The notes beneath the pieces were generated by a model. The model saw nothing but the letters and a program-made list of their open reading frames with translations. It was not told the DNA's origin and ran no database searches. A stretch of DNA of 64,000 nt from Phoronis australis (taxonomy: Eukaryota; Animalia; Phoronida): positions 188,031-252,030 of the forward strand of contig NMRA01000377.1 of the NCBI GenBank assembly GCA_002633005.1. Reading direction: 5' to 3'. Shown one piece after another: positions 39,111 to 52,444 of this stretch. Position 1 is the first letter of the stretch; every line of letters starts with the position of its first letter. The translations under genes were made by a program, and so were the position numbers.

Positions 39111-41029
39111 ATGTCAATGGAAGTGGGACAAAAGTCTACATGTACCTTTCTGCAACGGTGTTCTTGCAAAAGGTTTATAGAATCTTCGATGCTTGGACGT
39201 CAAAGATTCTCCTACATTTATCAGACTGCCTTAGTTCATAGCAAATCCTATGAAAAGAATGCAAGCTATTAGCATGCAGATATATCAATGCACAAAAATA
39301 AGTCAATTATTCGCTGAAGCAAATAAACAATAAATTGATCCAATACTGACAAATCTAGAAACTTGTCTAGACACACTTAAGTAGTTTGTAATTTCACGGG
39401 AAAGTAGCCATCGAAGTTCGACGAGGAAAAGTAAAGAATTGTTTGAGTACAAAGGTTGGACAATTATAAGTTATTATGCAACGGCATAAAATGGTCTAAT
39501 AGAAGAATCCAGCTATAACAAGAAATGTCAGGTCATTAAGTTTTATTTAGATGTCATCTGGACCAATAAAAACATCTGTAAGAAAAGCAATGTTTTGTAA
39601 CAGGCATGTAGAATGGACAAGAATTAAGACATTTAGCTATTCAATGTCTAGAATAAAAATCAATGCGTATATGACTTATGTCTCCGCAGCCATTGAAATT
39701 TTGTTTCGCTGGGTTAACATAAACCAAAAAAAAACAAATTGCGTCTAGATCTGGCATGGTTTAAAAACATTTTAGTGTAAGTTAATATTTTATACAGCCA
39801 TGTTATGAAAGATTCATGGCATTTCATCGATACTCAACATTACAATGTCTTGTTCAAGAATTTTTGTAAAACGTTTGTGAATGGACGTTTGAGAAAAAAT
39901 AACATTGACCCAAAGCTACAGCTTGGAATGTCAGTTCCTGAAACTCAATAGCTAACAAATATTAATCGCTCCATAAATAAATTCAGCTGTACAATAATAG
40001 AATAACCATAAAATTTAAGTTTTTCTACTGAAGGAGTAAGTGACTGATTATAGTGTTTATTCATTTTTACCTAGAGCAATCCAACGCATACAGACTTTGT
40101 ACCAAGGCTACCCTAAATAATAATACTCCGAAGTTTCTGGGACAGAGCCTTAAAATGTATTTGCATGGTCCTAACTAAACGACAATGCTATTTTAACATA
40201 ATCTATGCTAATTAAAGTGCAGTTGTATTCATTGGCAACTTGTAAATGTGAAAACAAAAAATCTGCAAATAGGTAACCTTTGCACTAATGACGTACCTCA
40301 CGGGCTCACATCATGCACTGTTATTCTCGAGCACCATCTCACAATACTTACTAAACGCAGTTCAGTGATTTGCAGCAGATCATTTTCGTCCAAAAAACTC
40401 GTTCTTAAAAACATTTGATAATTTTCAAACTACTTCATATTCCCACTGTCACTTTATGTTGCATTTCTAACTAATTTGGATAAACAATCACAGAGATAAG
40501 GAATTAGCCTGCAAGTTCCACTTTGAGTAACTTTTTGTGAAATAAAAACCAGAGAAAAGATTTGTGTCTACAATATCAATACTGGAAATCTGACGTGTAC
40601 ATGAGGTACGTATATAGCAACTTGTTTTGATCTCCCAATAACGAATCTAGACACAGACCTACTCTTCCTAATACTGTGAGCAGTAGATTGTCACACACAA
40701 TGTGTGTTCTGAAAACTATTCTAGAATTCAAGAAACATGTTTTCAAGAATGAAGATATTGAAATTCCCATGACAACTTCTTTGTTCATTACAGCATATGT
40801 CATCACCACATTTGACTGAGGGCATAGATGCACAACTTTGTGGCTCAAATTTGAACTTTGATCACGTTTATTATAGGTACACTCCGAAACCCTATAGTCG
40901 TCCGCCTAAGCATAAAACCGGCTTGTTGTCTTACTCACCCAATTATTCCACTTCAAAGTTATGATCTGAATAGGACTTGATTTAACTCTCACAAATATAT
41001 AGTATTCGTTGATTCAAACGTTTTCTTTN

Positions 41030-41974
41030 CCCTCCCACCCCTCTCAATCACCATCCCAGACCTCATCAGCAATACCACAGGTAACCAAAACTAATGTTTT
41101 ACAGAAGGGAATCTAACCTCGAATGGAAAACTGACTGAAAAGTGACTGATTATAGTGTTTATTCATTTTTACCTAGAGCAATCCAACGCATACAGACTTT
41201 GTACCAAGGCTACCCTAAATAATAATACTCCGAAGTTTCTGGGACAGCGCCTTAAAATGTATTTGCATGGTCTCAACTAAACGACAATGCTATTTTAACA
41301 TAATCTATACTAATAAAAGTGCAATTGTATTCATTAGCAACTTGTATATGTGAAAACAAAAAATTCTGCAAATAGGTAACCTATGCACTAATGACGTACC
41401 TCACGGGCTCACATCATGCTCTGTTATTCCCCAGCACCATCTCACGATACTTACTAGACGTAGTTCAGTGATTTGCAGCGGATCATTTTCGCCACAAAAA
41501 TCGTTCTTAAAAACATTTGGCAATTTTCAACCTACTTCATATTCTCACTGTCACTTTACGTTGCGTTTCTAACTAATTTGGACAAACAATCACAGAGATA
41601 AGGAATTAGCATGCAAGTTCCACTTTGAGTAACTTGTGAAAAAAAGACCAGAGAAAAGACTTGTGTCTACAATATCAATACTGGAAATCTGACGTGTACA
41701 TGAGGTACGTGTATAGCAACTTGTTTTAAACTCCCAATAACGATTCTAGACACAGACCTACTCTTCCTAATACTATGAGCAGTAGATTGTCACACACAAT
41801 GTGTGTTCTGAAAACTATATCTAGAATTCAAAAAACATGTTTGAATGGAGATATTGAAATTCCCATGACAACTTCTTTGTTCATTAGAGCATATGTCATC
41901 ACCACATTTGACTGAGGGCATAGATGCACAACTTTGTGGCTCAAATTTGAACTTTGATCACGTTTATTATAGGT
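41030..41974. repeat. Alternate-haplotype copy of 37302-37404 joined to about 40027-40879
   Basis: starts right after N 41029; high identity with SNPs and small indels. Confidence 0.85.
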
Positions 41975-44164
41975 AATTATAGGTTTTAGGGTTCGTGAAC
42001 ACATATGCGATATATGGCAATTTCAGTGCCAATGGCAGTGGAACAACAAAACGGCAACTTAAGGCAATACTTGTTATACCTGAATGACATCAAACAGACA
42101 TTTAGCAATATACTGCATCACAATTAGCACGTTTTGTTATGTAACTCAATGTTTGACACAGCTTAAACTGAAGTGTGAAGTGTCGATGTAAGTTGTTGAT
42201 CATGTCGAATCATGATGAGTGACAGACTGATCCGAATGAGCCCAAGATTAAATCGAGATGAACTTAAGGTTCTTCAGTCAACACCACTATCTAAACTGGA
42301 TATGTACTTAAATAAAAGAGTCGGGTTTATACTCGATTAATAGGTAGTCAGACTTACCACGACCATGTTCTTCTTAGAATGGTAATTTCAAATCGTGATA
42401 AACATTACCCAGGCCACCAATAAACTTCCGGCGAGATAAGAGAGCCCTCTTGAGAGATGATGAAACTCATACTAGTGTCATCTATCGGTATCTTTTGACA
42501 TATCTTGTCTTCGAGTCTTACTCTGGCTGGTGATGCGCATCGGGGCCTGATTGTTCGGTGAGCCCCCGAACGAAGGCGCAAGAGAATTCCCCTCACGGTC
42601 GCCACCGTATTTCTCCAATGGGTGCTTTGCTGCTCCATTTTTTTTCTTGTTTTGCACGAATTTTGCTTAACTTTTATCGCGGACAATCTTCAGTGGGGGA
42701 CTGGAACTGAGGGGACCATTGACACCTTGTCTCCCAACTTCAATTTATTTATGTAAATATCCCGATCAACTAATTATTCCTTGGATTTCAGCTCTGCAAT
42801 GTCAATGAAGCAGAAAAATATCCCCGGGAATATCTCGACGTCAGTGGGCGGTCTCCGCGGTGCGGCCACTGAGGGTCGCGGCAAAGTACTAGGCCTGGTA
42901 TGATATTGCCTTGATTGGTAGCCCTACGCACGAACAACCACCAGCTAAGAACAACAACATTTCATTACAACTTCGGTTTATGTGGCCAACCTAATTCATC
43001 TTCTTGTCAATCTTTGTCGAAGCCTGAAGACGGATGCCAGACTCAGCCGAGGCAGTCCCGGCATCATGTGTCAGTTAGAAGGATCACGGGGGGTTAGTGG
43101 GTTTGAGACACACCCTGTATGCATATTTTGTCTATTTACCTGAAATTTTGTTCGGAATCATTTTTCTGTCGGGTACGCCACAGAAACAGTGTTCACTGCG
43201 GAATGACCTTCCAGGATACCGTTTTAATTGAGCCGCGGCGCGATGCGGCAGCTGAAAATTAGAAAAAGCCTAGCTACCTATTTTTCAGTAGAGCATGGTC
43301 TCAAAAAGGATACATCTCTAGGGAGCTTGACTGTCCTTTCGTTGAAGCACCACCTTTTTATAGGGGTGAGAAACATTCCTACGAAACTATTCGTAGGGAT
43401 ACTTGGGTAGCTGTCTTTTTCCATTATGCTTAGTGAAACAATGCAAGAATGAGAGATCGATGTTACATTGGTATGTTACCAAAAATGAGTACAGTTTTGC
43501 ACCCAGTTTTAAGAATAAAGATAATGTTTAAACTCGTCTATTTTTGTTCTTGGAAAATTCCACTTTAATGTAGATTTGTGAACCTTTTTGTAAGGAATCA
43601 ACTAGAAGGCATAGGATACTCTGTCGGCAGGGAAACTGGTAGTCCCGTATTTTCATTTGCGAGTAACAAGGAGATAGATTGGGTTGCGATTCAGTCGCTG
43701 TTGAAACACATTGCATTTTTGCGTCCTGGCCATACAAATTCTGCGTCGGGTAGCATTCACAACCGTCAGTAAAGGACCTTTGAAAGATGTCATGACTCTG
43801 GAACATCACATGCCAAGTGAAACTTTCAGATACTATGATATGCTTATATAAATCTCCCAAAACCTAGTTTCAAAATGATGACCTTCTGTAAGAGGGGATC
43901 AAAAGGGCTTTTATAAGGTCAAAAAGGAGGAGTGTTTACAGGGTTTCTACTTTCAGAAAATGTACACTTTAAATGACTTTGGTTGTATATTAGATATTAG
44001 GATGAATGTCCAGAATTGTCGATAAAGTCATTATATAAACAAGACTCAATTGTAGGAGTACATTTTGTACAATTATTGTTGCTTGTGAAAAGTAGAATTC
44101 TGATTGGCTATTATTCTTTGTATCTTCTGTGTACATCTATTCAATTCATCCAGTCACATAACTG

Positions 44165-44592
44165 CCGGTATCGCCGCGCCAGTTCCATGAGCCTATATCG
44201 TAAATATGGCTTTTTTATCCAAGTGGTTCGCATAATTATTGGCGCATGCACTTAATTTTCGCATATAAGCCTTAAGCATAGACCCACGCGTTAATTCGCA
44301 TATATGCGTACCCGTTTTGACTACCACTGTACCTCCTAATGGTATTTTTTAAGTATATTTTTATATTTTTGGAGTTCCACTTGGCGTATTTTCAAGAAAT
44401 TTGGTAAGCAATTTATTTTGTATTACCGTATTTCTGAGCCTATAGCCCCATGGCCTAGATCCGAAATAATGCCTTTTTTGGGGCGTTTTTATCCTAATGG
44501 TTCGCATTTTGTCGCATTATGCGCCTAAGTGTCGCATATAAGCTCAGTTTCGCGGCACAGAGACCCATGGGTCTAATGGCGTGACAATGCTG
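44165..44592. mobile_element. Second copy of the 16387 MITE family
   Basis: shared blocks GCATATAAGC, TTTTCAAGAAAT.TGGTAA, CCCATGG..CTAATGGC. Confidence 0.7.
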
Positions 44593-47392
44593 TAGTATCT
44601 CATTAGTATGTAGTTTAATGCCTAGCAGTTCAAGCGGGGTTTGGAGTTGCGTTTAATTATTCAATGAGCGTTTGTGCTACGCAACAAACTTGTAGCGATC
44701 AAAATAATTAAATAATCTATTGCTGCAGTAGCTCGCTCGATTTTCATTACACGAGGAAGTGCTGGTCGAGAAGAAATCCCGCTGCCGGGTCCGTATCAAG
44801 AATCACGCAATTTTATACACAATTTCAGGCTACCCGAACACACTCGTGAAAATAGTTCTGCACGCAGTCAAGAACAAGACTCGGGCCGGGTCCTGTAAAC
44901 CCATACTATCAGATAAAAACGGTCCCACACTCATAGAATACGACTAACGCACCCCAAAAAGACGACTAGAATTAAAATCACGCGCAAAGATGACCCAGGG
45001 AATAGTTTGTGAGTTGTGTTTACAGGTGCTGGAGCCTTGTTTGAGGTCAACGAGCCTGCTGGCTTTTTGGGCGCGTGAGCCGTGTTTTGTGAGACCAGGA
45101 CCGTGTTTGTATGTCACTGAATTGAGTTTACGGGTCCGCGAGTCGTGGTCTTGACTGCTGAGTTATTTTCATGATTACATGAGCGGCGATGTTCAGCTCA
45201 ATGCGCCTATCTCATGTCAGTTACGTAAGTCCACGATCTTCTTGGAGAGCGTGGAAATAATGAGATGGTAAATTGCTTATTTTGCTCTGAGCGGAGTCGT
45301 TTATTACTTGGTCGTGTAACGATGACATAAATATACGTACATGTACGTGACCCTCGGTGTTACAAGCCGACAGCAGTGATGATACTTTCACACGTACAGG
45401 TAAATTACTTCCTTACACATAATGACAAGCATGTTACACGTACGACTATCTTACGTGCTTTGAAGTACAATGCACCAGGATTAGCAGTGGAACAAGCGCA
45501 TAGACATATATCGTAAGTGAGACTTGTCTAAAACGTAGATGGAATAGATATTTGGTAATTAGATGTTTTGAAAATGTCCAAATTTTACTAAGTTCGGAAA
45601 ATACTATCTCTGAAATGGTTGGTCGGATTCACACGAAACTTTCAGATACTGAGTTTCATGCGCTGTTCTCACGCCTCGCTCACTGATGATTAATGTTCCA
45701 CTTTTGCAAGAAGGGTTGTCAAAAATAGGACTTTCGAGCTTTTTTTGAAATACATCGGAAAGTTGTAACAGTGTTTTTGAAATTTCATCTTGAACAACAG
45801 CACCAAGTTTGCTGTAATTGTGCATTTCTTTTTTGCGGAATGTTATGAAAAAGACACGATTACGCGGTCAACCAACGTCAGATTGGTCAAAGCCAAAATA
45901 TCATATTCTAAAGGCTTTCTGATTCTAGAGAAATTCTATTGAATTTCGCAATTACAGGTATTTGGCTGAATGCACAGATGGTACTGTGTACATACACATA
46001 CATACATATACACAAAGTGTACCGAAATTGGCGTAGATGAAGTAATCTAGGTCAAACGAGTTACGTTTTGTATTTAACCCATACGCTTCGAGTTCCTAAG
46101 TTTCTTTCATTTTTTTTTCGGCAGTTTATAGTACATGTATTTCACCCAGACGTGGCGGATCACATCCTATATGTAATTACTTGCGCGTTAGGTTACAAGT
46201 TTTCTCTAGTAAAAGAAATACTTGTTTTAAATGTGACGATTTGTTACTTGATAAGAGATAACAAAGATGTTAACAACGGTAATTGTGCATTGAACTTGTA
46301 ATATTTCCTGAAAATAGTTAAATAACAACAATATCTAATGTTGTAGTTACCGAGGAATCGGCGCCAGAGTAGCAAACGATATAATATTTAGCAAAAGTGT
46401 CATATAATTAACAGTTTTTTACCAGATGTTACGTTTGGGTCCTGATTGCATGATATTGAATGCTATTTATACTGCTACAATTGTATTGCTTTAAACTATT
46501 TTGGGAAATACTGATGATCAAACCGGCTAACGAGACCTGTCGACATTGACCTACCTTTTGAACTTTCCATGTCAGAGGGCACTATTGAGATAGTGCGGGA
46601 GGTGAATTCGGAAAACTTCGCCACATGGCCGTAATGGACTCGGACCGATTCAACGCGTATGGAATAAAAAGACCTATAGCACAACCTTAATATTTATCCA
46701 ACTGAATTCCAAGCTACTTCAATGTTATGCTCATCACACTAAATTTGCCGATATGTTGGCAACCAATTTTGGATTGGCTATACCAGATGGCAGTATTTCG
46801 AATACGGATAAAAATCTTTGATTACTATCCAGGCACCAAATCGTAAACAGAACGCCAGCACAGTCCGGACACACGTAAGCTACGATCACACCAAGTCTAT
46901 ATGCCCCTTACTAGACTAAATAAGTGGCAACAAGACTGCATTTCCACTTGTTTAGCTGTGCGAAAAAATAATAAAAAGTAGACCACTTGTCCTTGCCATT
47001 TTAGCAAGTCCATATCTGTTGCCAACAAGAACAACTAAGGAGATGCACGAATCAAAAAACGTTTCGAAATATCGTGGAGCTACCGGTTATCACTCAATAC
47101 AACCTGGGAGTTGAAACCGATATCTTTACACGGAAATTTCAAAGTTTAGTTTGCCAGGTGCATTTCTTATTTTCACGATTACTGGAGTAAGTGAGAAGAG
47201 GGAGTAGCTTTAACACTGAGAATTCCCAGGAGACCTCGCCCATGCCAAATGACGTCGCATGGAGGTCACAAGCTATTGTTTATCTTCAGTGCGAGATCCA
47301 AGCGACGGTCGTCAGCGCGTCGCATGGTTCTCGCCTATGGGATGCTATCATTGTTCTCCTTTGTTGCGTCTTTGTTGGATGTAGCAATACGG

Positions 47393-47544
47393 GCGTGCGT
47401 TCAGTAGTCGCTAGGACCTACGCTAGGACCTAGCTAAAACCTAGTCAAAGTCACGTGCTCTCATTAAAAATGCACGGCAATGTCTCACGTAATCTCGCGA
47501 AGTCTTGCTTTTTAGCGAGGTCCTAGCGTTACTGAACGGGAGGC
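47393..47544 (+). mobile_element. GTTCAGTAA-TIR MITE, copy 2
   Basis: similarity to the other copies. Confidence 0.85.
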
Positions 47545-48205
47545 GGGTAGCACGGATATTGTACCTTGGGCGCACATCAGCCGGTAACCGATAAAAGAAT
47601 GCTTACCATTATCTTTATTATATCAAATAAAACCAAAGTGAACAATGGATACCCCTTTCTAGCGATATCTACGCGACAAGCTTGCGACATAGTTTCAATG
47701 CGACCACCAATTACGCCTGAGAGTATAGTGTGACTGGAGCGTGAAGCACTGAATTCAGCTTATAGATACTATTAATATTCAAAGCTACTTGTCTCTCTTT
47801 TTAGCTGGCTAAAACGAAAATCGAGTTAGTCATTTGTCGCAGGTAATGCATCCAAGCGCCGTTTTCGAGTTTGCATGGCCAGCCCCCATAAAATTCGAAA
47901 CGCACATTGAATGCCTGATGATGGTGATCTTGTTGTTAATGAAAACAGAATTGTATCACGGTAAGGAATATTAGGAGGCTGATTTTATGAGACCAAAAGG
48001 CCTATTTGGATTTTCGTTTTTAGGCAGCATAACAGGGCGCAATGCAGGTGTAAACAATTATTAATTTAAATTTCTTAATAACAGGACATTCTATTATTTC
48101 CAGTGAAGTACGTCTAGTGAAACGGCGACACATAGCAGTTGAAAAGATGTGACTTGGAACATACCTATTCCACCGGAAGTGAGGAGAATTGGATCAGTTG
48201 TTGCT

Positions 48206-48478
48206 ATGGGATGCAGTACTTCAAAGGGTGGAGTGGTGTCCTCGAAGTACGGCCATATTCAGGATGTCAAGCGCCGGAAAGCGACGCCGTCAGGCTTGAG
48301 TTTGGATGTTACGGACGTTTCGGATTCAAATTTCGCCACACATTCAACTTACATGCCGGAGGAAGCAAGTTCACCGTGTGAATTGCACGGCAGCGCCGTC
48401 GCTTCGATGTCGCGTGGCGAAGCAGACGGACAAGACAGCGGGGATGAAAAAAGTTGTTCGGAAAATAAAAACAACTGA
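48206..48478 (+). CDS. Candidate small N-myristoylated/palmitoylated protein (90 aa as read; about 113 aa ending at 48548 if the A6 run near 48447 is A5)
   Basis: gctATGG context, MGCSTSK N-terminus, upstream acceptor tatttccag (48103), AATAAA at 48860. Confidence 0.55.
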   Translation: MGCSTSKGGVVSSKYGHIQDVKRRKATPSGLSLDVTDVSDSNFATHSTYMPEEASSPCELHGSAVASMSRGEADGQDSGDEKSCSENKNN

Positions 48479-48581
48479 AGAAGAACGTGGTACATCATCA
48501 GGGTGGAGTTCCGTAGACGCAAGAAAATTGCGGGCAAAACTAGCGTGATCACGTGTTGTTCTCATGCAATGCATCGGAAAA

Positions 48582-48826
48582 CATGGGGGCACCCGGGGGG
48601 ATGGCTCGAGGGGCTCGAACGAGCGCCCCAATTAGGCGAAATGGGTAAAAAGGTCCGCCTCAGAGAAACAAAAAGTCCGAGAAAACGAGACAAAAGTCCA
48701 CTAAAAAGGCGCAGACGCACAATGAAGGTGGTACCCCGTTTTTTAATCCTCCTGCTTTTTTGTCACGGAAAGGTCCACATCGCCAGAAATTCGAGCCCCC
48801 ATATTAAAGGCTGGGTGCGCGCCGTG
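48582..48826 (+). mobile_element. MITE of about 245 bp (GGCTCGAACGAGC / AAAAGGTCCG family)
   Basis: imperfect TIR CATGGGGGCACCC / GGGTGCGCGCCGTG; second copy at 50733-50990. Confidence 0.75.
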
Positions 48827-49772
48827 CTGCCACGGTGGCCAAACAAGTCTTCGTGGCGAAATAAATATGCAGGTTTCCCAGCATAAGGAGGTTTATGAAG
48901 ATAGCCATTCACAATGAATATGAACTAATCACGTTTACGACATGAAAACACAGCGTCGCCGGTCTTTGCAATAACGCCAGTTACGACCGCTCTCCACCGT
49001 TGGCCAAAACGAACCCTGTCTTAAGTAAACTAAGTTGATGTAAAATTTGAACAGTTTCAAAGGATATGTGCCTGCTTTTACTTTAATGTTATGTGCGTTG
49101 TTTCTTTTATGAATGTCCATGAAGTTTACGTAATAAATAACTCGTGATCTCTGACTCTGATTTGTGCGATGCACTCCTCAGTGTTCACAGACGGCGGACA
49201 CTAAGCGGGGGCGTCCGGAGCTCGGGGTGTTCGATGCAATCCAGGCGTATGACAGCGTTTTCCCGTTAATTCAGTGACTTTACCAGACGAAGGGGGTTCT
49301 GAGCGTGTGATAACATCTAGCTTCTTTGTTAACTGCCAAGCACAGTCTTTTGTCTGTTATGACAACAGGCACGTCAATTATCTACCAGGCTTATTACAGA
49401 CCACGTGTGAACACCGTCAAACCCATTCGGAAAGAATAGATTATCGTAACTTCAGTTGCAGTTGGGCGATTTTGGCGATTCAAAAACTAAACATGGTTAC
49501 CATTTGACGAGGATTTCAGAAATTCTATTGGTTTATGTTCAAATATGTTATAACTTAACTTTTATTTTTAACAGCACAGCCCAGTCAGGCTAGATACGAT
49601 CTTATTGAAGACTAGAGCAATTATCGAACAAAAGAGAGCTGGCCCTCCAACAATGAATGCCAGAATGGAGTTAATCAGTCGTGTAAGATATTGGCTACAG
49701 GGGTAAACTTTCCAACTTGTTGTTGGGCTATAGAATCGAACAAGGTGGGAGCAACGGGAACGTCGACGTAAT

Positions 49773-49927
49773 GCTTGCGTTCAGTAACACAAGGACCTAC
49801 GCTAGGACCTAGCTAAAATCTAGTCAAAGCCACGTACGTGTTCTCATTTAAAAGACACGACAATATCTCACGTATTCTCGCGAAGTTTTGCTTTTTAGCG
49901 AGGTCCTAGTGTTACTGAACGGGAGGC
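49773..49927 (+). mobile_element. GTTCAGTAA-TIR MITE, copy 3
   Basis: similarity to the other copies. Confidence 0.85.
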
Positions 49928-50732
49928 AGGACTACGTACTACGTGAAGACAATCGAAGAAAGGCTACTGTAGTCACGTGCTTCGCTTACATAGTTCGTGG
50001 TCGGTGATATCTCGCGAGTTTTGCCAAGAAACTTGTTCTACGTAGCATGGCCCTGTTTGGAGAGTTACTACTAGGCCTACACCAATAATAAGAGCGTTTC
50101 ACGTGCCTCTGAACTAAATAAAGTCATTTTTAGGGTATAACTAAAATACCAGGACTGCGTTGGGTAGCCAAATTTCTTGAGCGATAAGTGAAATCACGCA
50201 AGTCTTTGGCATTACATTCCAATCGCACCACAAGACTCGCTCAGCATGAAACGAACACACATAAGCCTACAGCGAGATGTTTTATAGAATCTGTTCCTGT
50301 ACGACCGAACAAACGCACGTACCTGGCTTGCAAGCCGTAGTTGGTAAAACTGATTTATCCTGTCTCATGCTAGTGTTCCCGGTAAACAACACAACAACAA
50401 CCTCAGTTTGCGTTGGAAGATATCCAGATTCGTAACTACCGTAAAAAGTCAGTTACCTGAGACGGCCTTTAAACAAAAAATCGGCCATAATTATGTTTTA
50501 GTCAAGGCGAAAATGACTTCAATTGAGGCACAAAGACGAAGTCACGAGACGGAAAATATTAGAATCAGTTGGGATCTATAATCTGGGGTAGCACGTGGTC
50601 TAACACTTGCTTCATTCGCGAGTAGGCTACTTTACGTCTACGGAACATGCCTCTGACCACTATTAAATATTATAATCCACGCAAGATTGCATTTCCAGAT
50701 TAAATGTAGAGTGACTTTGCTGGTAGGGGAGC

Positions 50733-50990
50733 ATATGGGAGGGGGGTGGGTGGCTCGAACGAGCCCCCCAATTTGGCGGATTGGGCAAAAAGGTCCGCCT
50801 CAGCAAAAGTCCGAGTAAACGAGACAAAAGTCCACAAAGCCGACAGGAATTCGGCGCGGATGCACAATCCGAATCCGTAAGCCTGGACCTAGTGGGCCCG
50901 TTTTTTTAGTCCTCGTTGTTTTTTTTTTCAGTAAAAGGTCCGCACACCGAAAAATTCGAGTCCCCTATACTTTAGGCTGGGTGGACGCAT
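50733..50990 (+). mobile_element. Second copy of the 48582 MITE family
   Basis: shared internal sequence. Confidence 0.75.
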
Positions 50991-52251
50991 GTTGAGCTAT
51001 ATTTAGAACCGCCGGTGCCTGCGATGGGGTAACCATTTCGAATCTCCATCCGAACAGTTGTGAACCTCTATCAGAAATATATCAACGAATAAGCGTAACA
51101 CCAAGAAAAATATGACCACGAGAGGAATAAATGACAAGCATACTGGCAGAAAACCATAATTGGCTTCAATATTCACTGGCACACGACTAGATTCAGCAGG
51201 GTTCGAACGCAATAAGGGTCAAAGCCTTGAACCGTAAAGCTGTCATAGAAAAGAAGCTATCATCGATCAAAACAATTGCGTTGCAATAGTCGCGCAGTGC
51301 TGACGGCGTCGAGCAAAAATAAACTGATCGAATGGATTGAGCCATCCACGCCAAAAAGTAACGTATAAGAAAATGAATATATCATCAGAAAATATGAGAC
51401 CCCCACCTAGGAACCAATAGAGATTTACTCGGCCTAACACCAACGAATGAGTGAGAATTTACATACCAATCTTAAAAATAAAAAAGAACCGTTTGCATAA
51501 AAACGAGGACTAACGTGGAGTTAAATACCCCCGCCACCCAAAGCCCGGTCGTTACAAGGACGCAACCGGTTTTACTCATTTTGGGACTATTGGATGGGAT
51601 AGATTTTTTAATTAAGTTATAAGGCTTTGACCAGGGCTATAAAACAGAAAAATCCTTGTATTCTCGCCGCAGTCTGTCAATCATTTGCTGAAATCGAGGC
51701 TTTTACCATTATTGTTGGTAGTCAATATATATTTGAAATAATCATTTATCGAGAAGGGCTTAGCTGACCAGCAAAGATTTGCGGGCTGCGACCCCTGAGA
51801 CTTAAATTCCGCGTTGAGGCTCATCTCAAAATAAGAATATCACTTCAACCTGCGCTAATCCAACACATCGCCGCCAAGATATCCAACGCAAAATATATAA
51901 ATCGATAAAATCTCTATCGTGTGACAGGTTTGCATTCTTTGAAATGGGAGTTAAAAATAAATCTTATTCGCTGCCGCTACAGATGGGCACGCTTAGAAAA
52001 AGCTGGCTACAACAAGGTAGACGCCGGAATAGATGTCTAAACAGATAATTTACTATAGTGTTATTTTCTTTCTACTGCCTAAGACGCAGAATATATACCA
52101 TATTCCTGAACAATAAAGAATGTGTTCTAAACCATATAATTAAATTATGACCCAAATGATCATTCAGACACTGGAAAATAATACGAATGAAAAAATCAAT
52201 TTTCAGAACCCATGGGGCCGTGTTATGTCTGTCACATGTAACTGACCTCAA

Positions 52252-52444
52252 TACTCTGCGCGTGTAAGCGCAGAGTACTATTGTTCCTGGGTTTTCTTCA
52301 ATTTTATTCTTATTCTTATTACTCTGCGCGTGTAAGCGCAGAGTACTGTTGTTCCTGGGTTTTCTTCAATTTTATTCTTATTCTTATTACTCTGCGCGTG
52401 TAAGCGCAGAGTACTGTTGTTCCTGGGTTTTCTTCAATTTTATT
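52252..52444. repeat. 68-bp hairpin-containing tandem repeat, about 3 copies, running into a gap
   Basis: TACTCTGCGC-GTGTAA-GCGCAGAGTA hairpin in each unit. Confidence 0.9.

Noticed and set aside
42358-42720. Possible exon or pseudo-exon with a TM-like stretch ending at a gtaagt donor
   Set aside because: About 4 stops in 120 codons is close to chance and no domain is recognisable; a non-coding exon cannot be excluded.
48503-48886. 127-aa ORF
   Set aside because: Non-ATG start and mostly within a MITE.
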